64,000 nt of DNA from Gemmatimonadota bacterium. GTDB taxonomy: Bacteria > Gemmatimonadota > Gemmatimonadetes > Longimicrobiales > Gaopeijiaceae. Each line of letters begins with the position of its first letter. Position 1 is the stretch's first letter. The position numbers were made by a program, and so were the translations under genes. Where the stretch lies: positions 3,595-67,594 of the forward strand of contig JAPPGZ010000078.1 of NCBI GenBank assembly GCA_028874905.1. Reading direction: 5' to 3'. Below the pieces are notes generated by a model. The model was not told the DNA's origin, made no database searches, and was given only the letters and a program-made list of their open reading frames with translations. Shown in pieces: positions 54,920 through 64,000 of this stretch.

Positions 54920-55603
54920 ATGCCCCCCACCTCCCCATTCTCCGAACGAACCGAACGCGCCGTCATCGCCGTGATCTGCCTCGACCTCGTCCTCCAGGCT
55001 GCCGAGACCGTCGACGCCATGGCCGGCGCTGCGACCTTCTTCTTTTTCGCCGGCGTCGCCGTCTGGCTCCTCTACACTGTCGAGTGGTGCATCCGCATCC
55101 GCCACGCCGAGGACTGGAAGAAGTACGCGTTCAGCTTCATGGGCGTCGTGGACTTCCTGGCGGCCCTGCCGCTGTGGGCGTTCACGGGATTCGATCTGAA
55201 GGCGCTTCGGGCCTTTCGGCTGTTTCGCCTCTTTGTCTCGACGGCGAAGCTTGCCACCCGGACCAGCGCCGTGGTCAAGCTCGCGCGCGCGTTCCGGTTC
55301 GCCATGGACGAGGCGGGTGCGCTGTTCGCGGGCACGTGCATCGTCGTGGTCACGGCCGGGTTCGGCATGTACCACCTCGAGCGCGACGTGCAGCCGGAGG
55401 TCTTCGCCACGGTGTACGACGGCCTGTGGTGGGCGGTGGTCACCCTGACGACGGTCGGGTACGGCGACATCCAGCCCGTGACGGCCGGCGGGAGGATCCT
55501 GGCCACGGTGGCGATGTTCGCCGGGATCGGGGTGATCGGGGCGGCGTGCGGGATCATGGCGGATGCACTGCGGGAGGCCAGTGTCGGGGAGGGGGCGGTG
55601 TAG
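54920..55603 (+). CDS. Potassium channel / ion transport family protein
   Basis: Selectivity filter TTVGYGD. S4-like FRLFRLFVSTAKLATRTSAVVKLARAFRF. TM helices. ATG 54920 chosen; the upstream part of the track ORF is non-membrane and looks like read-through. Confidence 0.85.
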   Translation: MPPTSPFSERTERAVIAVICLDLVLQAAETVDAMAGAATFFFFAGVAVWLLYTVEWCIRIRHAEDWKKYAFSFMGVVDFLAALPLWAFTGFDLKALRAFRLFRLFVSTAKLATRTSAVVKLARAFRFAMDEAGALFAGTCIVVVTAGFGMYHLERDVQPEVFATVYDGLWWAVVTLTTVGYGDIQPVTAGGRILATVAMFAGIGVIGAACGIMADALREASVGEGAV

Positions 55604-55644
55604 GGGGGGGGTGGGGCCCCGGGAAACTCCTGTGCTCGCGTGAT

Positions 55645-56832
55645 TCACTCTCCCGCCCGTGGCCAATCGGGCATCGCACGGAACATGTACTGATCGAACA
55701 TGGGGACGGTGAACGCGGTGTCGCCATACGAAGGGCTCCAGATCATACCCTTTCGGATCAGACCGGTCCGAAGGGGTCCGGCAGAGGTGACCGCGATCCC
55801 CAGCTTTGCCGCTACTTCTCCTGAACGGTGCGGACCGGGGCCCAGTTCAGCCATGGCTCTCAGGTAATCCTGCTCCCTTGGCGTGAGGCGGTCGAAGCGG
55901 ACGCGGAAGAAGCTTGCATCCAAGGCAGCAGTAGCCTTCCCGCTGGCCGACACCACATCCTGCCGGGTCACGGGCGACCTGGGCGCGACGTTCCAGGAGT
56001 GCGCCCCCCATTCCTGGAGAAAGTAGGGATAGCCTTCGGTTCGTCTGGCGATCTCCGAGAGGGCGTCGTCGTCGATTTCGGCACCGGCATCCTCGATCGG
56101 AACTCGAACAGCGCGCCTTGTGGCGTTCTCATCAAGGGGGCCGACACCGGGGAAATCGAAGAGGCGCTCCGAATAGCTCTTGGCTTCTCCCGACAGCGCC
56201 GCGAGCTGCGGCAAGCCCGCTCCGAACATCAGCAAGGGGAGTGCCTTCTGGCTGATTCGGTGCAGTGCGACAATGAGCGCGCGCAAATCCTCGTCGTTCA
56301 GGTACTGTACCTCATCGATCAGGATGGCTGCGGGCTGGTCCGCAGCCCTTGCGGCTTCTCCAATTGCCACCAGGAGGTCGGTGAGATCGGTCTCCAGGTC
56401 TCCGGACGCAGCCAGGCCCGGCTCGGGCTTCACACCCACTTCGAACTCCGCGTACGACACCTTGAAGGCGCTGGCGAAGTTCCGAAGGGCACCAAGTGCG
56501 TGATTCCCCAAAACCCGCGCCTTTTCCTTCCCGCTGATTCGATAGAGGATTCTGCGGAGCCTGGGAACCAGCAGTCCGGCAAGGCGGCGCTCTTCTGGTG
56601 CCTCGATGATGGCGGTCAGGTACCCCAGTGATTCAGCCAGTTCTCCGATCCTGGCCAGAAGGACGGTCTTCCCCACGCCTCGGAGGCCGAGAAGCATAAT
56701 GCTCTTTGCATGCCGCCCAATCTGAACGCGCTGTAAGGCAATGCTCGCCGTCTCGAGCAACTCGTCGCGACCGGCCAAGGCTGGTGGCCGCGACCCCGCA
56801 CCCGGTGCGAACGGGTTGACAACAGGATCCAT
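55645..56832 (-). CDS. AAA+ (ORC/Arch_ATPase-like) ATP-binding protein with C-terminal wHTH, copy 1
   Basis: FAGRDELL, Walker A GLRGVGKTVLL, Walker B AILIDEVQYL. C-terminal LTPREQDYLRAMAELG wHTH-like segment. Confidence 0.8.
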   Translation of the reverse strand: MDPVVNPFAPGAGSRPPALAGRDELLETASIALQRVQIGRHAKSIMLLGLRGVGKTVLLARIGELAESLGYLTAIIEAPEERRLAGLLVPRLRRILYRISGKEKARVLGNHALGALRNFASAFKVSYAEFEVGVKPEPGLAASGDLETDLTDLLVAIGEAARAADQPAAILIDEVQYLNDEDLRALIVALHRISQKALPLLMFGAGLPQLAALSGEAKSYSERLFDFPGVGPLDENATRRAVRVPIEDAGAEIDDDALSEIARRTEGYPYFLQEWGAHSWNVAPRSPVTRQDVVSASGKATAALDASFFRVRFDRLTPREQDYLRAMAELGPGPHRSGEVAAKLGIAVTSAGPLRTGLIRKGMIWSPSYGDTAFTVPMFDQYMFRAMPDWPRAGE

Positions 56833-56943
56833 CGAATCCCTTTAGAGAAAGTTAGGGTAAATTATAGATCAATGCAGCCATAACCATATCTAACTGTACT
56901 TAGCTCTGTCAAATCCAATTGGTTACCAACCGACCGCCTTCCC

Positions 56944-57090
56944 GGAACGGCGACATCCCAGCCCGTGACGGCCGGCGGGAGGACCCTGGCCACGGTGGCG
57001 ATGTTCGCCGGGATCGGGGTGATCGGGGCGGCGTGCGGGATCATGGCGGATGCGCTGCGGGAGGCGAGTGTCGGGGAGGGGGCAGCGTAG
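56944..57090 (+). repeat. Duplicated 3' end of the K+ channel gene (direct repeat of 55458-55603)
   Basis: By-eye alignment runs from the GYGD codons to the TAG stop, with five substitutions and one extra C. Homology ends exactly at the stop codon in both copies. Confidence 0.85.
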
Positions 57091-57121
57091 GCTGCGCTGA
57101 TTGGGCTACAGACCGTCGACC

Positions 57122-59542
<2,421 letters not shown>

Positions 59543-59650
59543 AGTTTATCGCTTTCCGGCCACTTTTGTCGCGTTATCCGGACTGAACTAGCCTCGGGCC
59601 CGGCCGACACGGGTGTACGACGGGGTGTGTGGCGGAGCGTACGGCGGCCG

Positions 59651-62584
59651 CTACCAGCCGGGGGGCAGCCAGGCGTCGAACCCGAACGAGCGAATGGTGG
59701 CTTCCGCGGATTGGGACAGCGGGTACTCCCAATGCCGGAAGAAACCGGCCAGGTCGCGTTGCAGGACGGCGCTGATTCGGATCGCGAATCCGTCGAGCGC
59801 GCCGCCGTACGTGGAGCGCGGCCAGGCCGGGTCGTAGTAGCTGTGGAAGACGCTCTTCATCGGGTCCCAGCCGAACTCGGCGATAATCTGGCGGTACATG
59901 CTCAGCCGTTGAAAAAAGTCCGCCGTGGGCCAGCGAAGGTTGGCCAGCGCGGCATGGTCCACCGAATTCGTGGCGCTGTGGTGGTTGTTCTTCATGGTGT
60001 AGTCGCCACCGCCGAAGATGTAGTAGTTCAGCGTGTACATCGTGAACAGATTGACGGCGACCTCACCGATCTCCGCGTACGTATCTCCGCGCCAGGCACT
60101 GCCCCAGTCCTCGGTCTGCCACTGGTGACCCAACTCGTGGCCGAAGAGCCACCAGTCCGCGCCGTCCGAGGTGGGATCTTCCGGCAGTTTCGCGATCCGC
60201 CTCCGGCCCTCCGCCGTCCCCGGCAACAATGCCCAGGCTTCCGGTTCGAGCGCATAGTTGATCGTGAGCCAGCCCGCATTGGCGAGGCCGTAGCCGACCT
60301 GGGGATCGAAGGTCCAGGTGCTCTCGTACGCGCGTACCGGTCCCCCGGCGAGCTCCGCGTGATGTTGCAGGAACCCATCCCAGAACGCCGAGACTTCTCC
60401 CGGATCGGTGATGCTGCGCGCGCCCTCGGCCGAGATCACGAGCCGGATGCCGCCCGTCTTCTGGATGATGGCCTGCGGGGCTCCGGCGCCCAGGGTCGCG
60501 AACCAATCGGCCCCGTTCGACTTGCCGGCCGTGTACACGGCCATGGGGATCGCCCCTTCGACGGTCACGGGTATCGTCCCCCGGTGGGACTCGGGCACGA
60601 CGAGGGCAAGGGCGCCGCCAAACGCATTGGTGACCGCGGTCTTCGCGGCCTTGACCCTGAAGGTGCGGAGCAAAGCCGGCGGCCGGCGCCACACGGTGTG
60701 CGCCGGGATCCGCCGCAGGTCGTCGTGGTCCTGGCCCACCGTGATCGACAGGTCGCCGGTTGCGTGCGACGGGGGAACCGAAATGGTGACGAGACCGCTT
60801 GGCGGCGCGTAGAACTCCAGCGGGAAGTGACGTTCGCGCCGATGGGCGTCGGCTGGGAACTCGTCCCCGGTGGCGTCCACGACGACTGACCCGCGCTCAC
60901 GGCTGGCACCGGGGGCGGGAAGACCCGGGAAGGCCGTTGCCCAGGGGTGCGGTCGCGGCCACTCGTGAGGACCCAGACTGCCGGCGATTTCGGCCGATAG
61001 TCTCGCCTCCTCCGCGTTGGCGGAGACGGGCAGCGGAGGCGCCTCCGTCACCAGGCGAACGAGGGCCGAGTCCAGTTCCTCGGTACGACCGAGTTCAAGC
61101 GCCGTACTGAACAGATGCGGCAGAAGCGCCATCCGGGCCGCGTCGATACGTTCTCCGAGGAGGTACGCGCCCCAGACGACACTGGGAGTCAGCGCGCTCA
61201 GATCAATCCTTGTGGAAGCGGATCGGATCGCCTCGATGCTGTCCTCGTTCCATCCGATGCCCGTGCCATCGAGGAGCGCGTTCCCCGTGAACGCACCGTG
61301 CCTCCGTTCGATCCACGCGCGCCAATGGAGGGCGGAGCCGGCGATGACCAGTCCGCCGCCGCGCTCGACGAATGCCCGAAGGGGCGCCACGGACTCCGGG
61401 AGCAGGTGCGGCGTGCCCCATTCGTTGACCTGAACCACGGCGACATCCGCACCGTCCAGCGCACTTGCACTCCAGTCACGTGCAGCGAGTCCCGCCCTGC
61501 TGCCCACGACATCCACGCGCTCCAGGCCTTGCGCCGCGAGCGCATCCGCGATGCGTTGATTGTCCGCGAGAACCCGAAGCGGTGCCGGGCGAAAGCCGCC
61601 GGTCCAGCGAACCGCGTTGGCCAACAGGCGATCGGCATGCTCGTGCCCCACGAGGGTGGCCCGGTCGTCCGATCCGAGGAAATCCTGACCCGAGAAGGCA
61701 ACCACGCGACCGGAACCCAGTCTTGAACCGGCCACGATGAGCGAGAGACCCATGTCGCCCTCATCGGCGATCACGGGGAACGCGTTGGGGTTGAGGCCCA
61801 GTCGCAGTGTGCCGACAGTCGTGGTCGAGCCTTCCGTTCCGCCCACGGTGGTGTTTGCGAACGGGCGTTCCGGCAAACCTGTGGTCAGCACGGCGTGGTG
61901 ATCCACGGGACTGTCCGAAAGCACCGCCGCCGAGGATGAGGCCTGCCACGCTCCTGAAGCGGCATTGACCGTCGCCGCGCCGACACTGGCCGCCCGCACG
62001 AGCCCTGCCGAGTCCACGGTCGCCACCGTCGGGTCGCTCGACGACCACTCGAACTCCACACCCGGCACTGCGTTATCCCTCGCGTCCAGAGCCGTCGCTT
62101 CCAGCCGCACGGTGTCTCCGACCTCCAGGATTACCGTCTCGGGTGCCACGCGCACCGCCGAAACCGCCTGTTCCACGGAGATTCCCGCGCTGCCGGACGC
62201 CGATCCCGCACTCGCCGTGATCGTGGCCGTCCCGTTGCTCGCGGCCGTCACTAGCCCGGGCGCATCCACCGCCGCCACCGACGGGTTGCTACTGGCCCAG
62301 GCAACGGTCGCGCCGGACATGGTTCGCCCGTTCTGATCGCGCACCTCCGCGCTCAGCTGGACGGTTTCGCCGAGTGCGGTCAACTCGGTGCTGGCCGGGG
62401 TTACCGTGACCGTTGTGGGACGGGCGGGATCGGGCGGTGGGGTGGGGCCGATAGGGTCGTCGCCCCCGCATCCGATGAGCAGGGCCGCGATCAGGCTCAG
62501 CGTGGAGACGCCCAGCGTGGAAAGGCCTGGCCAGCGCTTGCTCGAGACGTTGGAAAAGGACGGATTTGGAGCCTGGGGGCGCAT
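59651..62584 (-). CDS. Lipoprotein with Big_2 repeats and C-terminal M60-like (enhancin/TCAF-type) zinc peptidase domain
   Basis: Lipobox LLIGC-G. Three Big_2-like repeats (VTVTPAS..LSAEVRDQNG..WASSNPSVAAVD..TATITA). HEXXH in WWLFGHELGHQWQ. Confidence 0.7.
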   Translation of the reverse strand: MRPQAPNPSFSNVSSKRWPGLSTLGVSTLSLIAALLIGCGGDDPIGPTPPPDPARPTTVTVTPASTELTALGETVQLSAEVRDQNGRTMSGATVAWASSNPSVAAVDAPGLVTAASNGTATITASAGSASGSAGISVEQAVSAVRVAPETVILEVGDTVRLEATALDARDNAVPGVEFEWSSSDPTVATVDSAGLVRAASVGAATVNAASGAWQASSSAAVLSDSPVDHHAVLTTGLPERPFANTTVGGTEGSTTTVGTLRLGLNPNAFPVIADEGDMGLSLIVAGSRLGSGRVVAFSGQDFLGSDDRATLVGHEHADRLLANAVRWTGGFRPAPLRVLADNQRIADALAAQGLERVDVVGSRAGLAARDWSASALDGADVAVVQVNEWGTPHLLPESVAPLRAFVERGGGLVIAGSALHWRAWIERRHGAFTGNALLDGTGIGWNEDSIEAIRSASTRIDLSALTPSVVWGAYLLGERIDAARMALLPHLFSTALELGRTEELDSALVRLVTEAPPLPVSANAEEARLSAEIAGSLGPHEWPRPHPWATAFPGLPAPGASRERGSVVVDATGDEFPADAHRRERHFPLEFYAPPSGLVTISVPPSHATGDLSITVGQDHDDLRRIPAHTVWRRPPALLRTFRVKAAKTAVTNAFGGALALVVPESHRGTIPVTVEGAIPMAVYTAGKSNGADWFATLGAGAPQAIIQKTGGIRLVISAEGARSITDPGEVSAFWDGFLQHHAELAGGPVRAYESTWTFDPQVGYGLANAGWLTINYALEPEAWALLPGTAEGRRRIAKLPEDPTSDGADWWLFGHELGHQWQTEDWGSAWRGDTYAEIGEVAVNLFTMYTLNYYIFGGGDYTMKNNHHSATNSVDHAALANLRWPTADFFQRLSMYRQIIAEFGWDPMKSVFHSYYDPAWPRSTYGGALDGFAIRISAVLQRDLAGFFRHWEYPLSQSAEATIRSFGFDAWLPPGW

Positions 62585-62770
62585 GCCCCCAATTGTGCCG
62601 CCCGAAATCCGATCCTTGGGCGAAGAATCGCCCTATTTCGGCGAGGATTTGGCGATTACTCCTGCGGACTGGCGCGGGCTCGGGTAGGCGAGCCCGTTAG
62701 GTGTCCCCCGAGGATCCTACGCCTTACTCCGGCCGGAGCGCGCGTCGTCAGTGAGTATTCGGCTGGGACA

Positions 62771-63958
62771 TCAATCTCCCGCAGGGTGCCAGTCAGGCAT
62801 CGCGCGGAACAGATACTGGTCGAACATGGGGACTGTGAAGGCCGTGTCGCCATGCGAAGGGCTCCAGATCATGCCTTTTCGGATCAAACCGGTCCTAAGG
62901 GGTCCGGCCGAGGTGACCGCGACTCCCAGCTTTGCAGCCACTGCCCCGGAGCGGTGTGGGCCAGGGCCGAGTTCAGCCATCGCCCTCAGGTAGTCCTGCT
63001 CTCTCGGTGTGAGACGATCGAAACGGACGCGGAAGAAGCTCGCGTCAAGGGCCTTGATGGCTCGGCTGCTGGCCGAGAGCACATCCTGCAGGTCCACGGG
63101 TGAGCTCGGTGCGACATCCCACGAGTGCGCCCCCCATTCCTGGAGAAAGTAGGGATAACCTTCGGTCCGTTCGGCGATCTCCGCGAGAGCGTCATCGGTG
63201 ATTTCCGCCCCAGCATCCTCGATTGGAACTCGAACGGCGTCGTTTATCGCGTTCTTATCCAGCGGGCCAATACCGGGGAAACCGAAGAGGCGCTCTGAAT
63301 AGCTCTTGGCCTCTCCCGATAGCGCCGCGAGCTGGGGCAATCCCGCTCCGAACATGAGCAAGGGCAGCGCCTTCTGGCTGATTCGGTGCAGTGCGACAAT
63401 GAGCGCGCGCAAGTCTTCATCGTTCAGGTACTGTACCTCATCGATCAGAAGGGTGGCAGGCTGGTCTGCGGCTCTTGCGGCTTCTCCGATTGCGACCAGG
63501 AGGTCAGTGAGATCGGTTTCCAGATCTCCGGACGCAGCCAGGCCGGGCTCTGGCGTCACTCCCACTTCGAAATCCGCGTAGGACACCTTGAAGGCGCTGG
63601 CGAAGTTGCGAAGAGCACCGAGCGCATGGTTCCCGACGACTCGGGCTTTCTCTCTCCCGCTGATTCGATATAGGATTCTGCGGAGCTTGGGAACGAGCAG
63701 TCCAGCGAGGCGGCGTTCCTCTGGCGCCTCAATCACGGCGGTCAGGTATCCCAATGATTCAGCGAGTTCATCGATCCGGGTCAAAAGGACGGTCTTCCCC
63801 ACGCCTCGTAGGCCGAGAAGCATCATGCTCTTCGCGTGACGTCCGGCCCGAACGCGCCGCAGGGCAATGCTCACCGTTGCGAGCAGAACGTCACGGCCCG
63901 CCAGGGCCGGAGGCCGCGATCCCGCGCCTGGTGCGAACGGATTGGCAACAGGATCCAT
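62771..63958 (-). CDS. AAA+ (ORC/Arch_ATPase-like) ATP-binding protein, copy 2
   Basis: Collinear with 55645-56832; roughly nine residues in ten are identical by eye. Same Walker motifs and the same AT-rich TTTAGAGAAAGTTAGGG leader upstream. Confidence 0.8.
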   Translation of the reverse strand: MDPVANPFAPGAGSRPPALAGRDVLLATVSIALRRVRAGRHAKSMMLLGLRGVGKTVLLTRIDELAESLGYLTAVIEAPEERRLAGLLVPKLRRILYRISGREKARVVGNHALGALRNFASAFKVSYADFEVGVTPEPGLAASGDLETDLTDLLVAIGEAARAADQPATLLIDEVQYLNDEDLRALIVALHRISQKALPLLMFGAGLPQLAALSGEAKSYSERLFGFPGIGPLDKNAINDAVRVPIEDAGAEITDDALAEIAERTEGYPYFLQEWGAHSWDVAPSSPVDLQDVLSASSRAIKALDASFFRVRFDRLTPREQDYLRAMAELGPGPHRSGAVAAKLGVAVTSAGPLRTGLIRKGMIWSPSHGDTAFTVPMFDQYLFRAMPDWHPAGD

Positions 63959-64000
63959 CGAGTCCTTCCGATTTAGAGAAAGTTAGGGATAGTTATGGGC

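Overview
High-GC bacterial chromosomal segment, possibly Gemmatimonadota-like (a guess from composition only). Positions 1-24.6 kb are ordinary core genes: an M24 peptidase fragment, priA, an HNH protein, two ECF sigma modules, a TolC/MacA/MacB-type efflux operon, thrC, a TonB-dependent receptor, an S9 peptidase and aminopeptidase P. From about 24.6 kb the window becomes a mosaic accessory region. It is punctuated by three paralogous Rpn (YhgA-like PD-(D/E)XK) genes at 24.6, 30.6 and 53.7 kb. The first segment (25.7-30.6 kb) holds secreted hypotheticals, a MazEF-type toxin-antitoxin pair, ArsR-SRPBCC and a DUF1971 protein. The second (31.7-53.7 kb) is a dense defence island. It contains a truncated, frameshifted mcrC relic lying head-to-head with an intact McrBC carrying a translationally coupled PIN-like gene, then an IS481-like transposase relic. 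Next is a Dcm (HTH-fused)-Vsr-EcoRII-like module whose nuclease is split into two ORFs. Then come a DUF262-only protein with a 2-TM partner, an 805-aa GHKL-type ATPase, and a tightly coupled sspABCD-like phosphorothioation operon preceded by an unknown gene. No canonical SspE or SspFGH partner is visible, so the GHKL ATPase and the DUF262/2-TM pair are my best candidates for an undescribed PT-linked effector module. After 53.7 kb there is a K+ channel gene whose 3' 146 bp is duplicated on the far side of a 1.3-kb ORC-like ATPase cassette. A second copy of that ATPase gene lies at 62.8-64.0 kb. Between the ATPase copies are a one-polypeptide histidine kinase-OmpR fusion and a Big_2/M60-like lipoprotein. 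I recognised no rRNA, tRNA or CRISPR array. All calls come from reading the translated ORFs and the DNA; no database search was possible.
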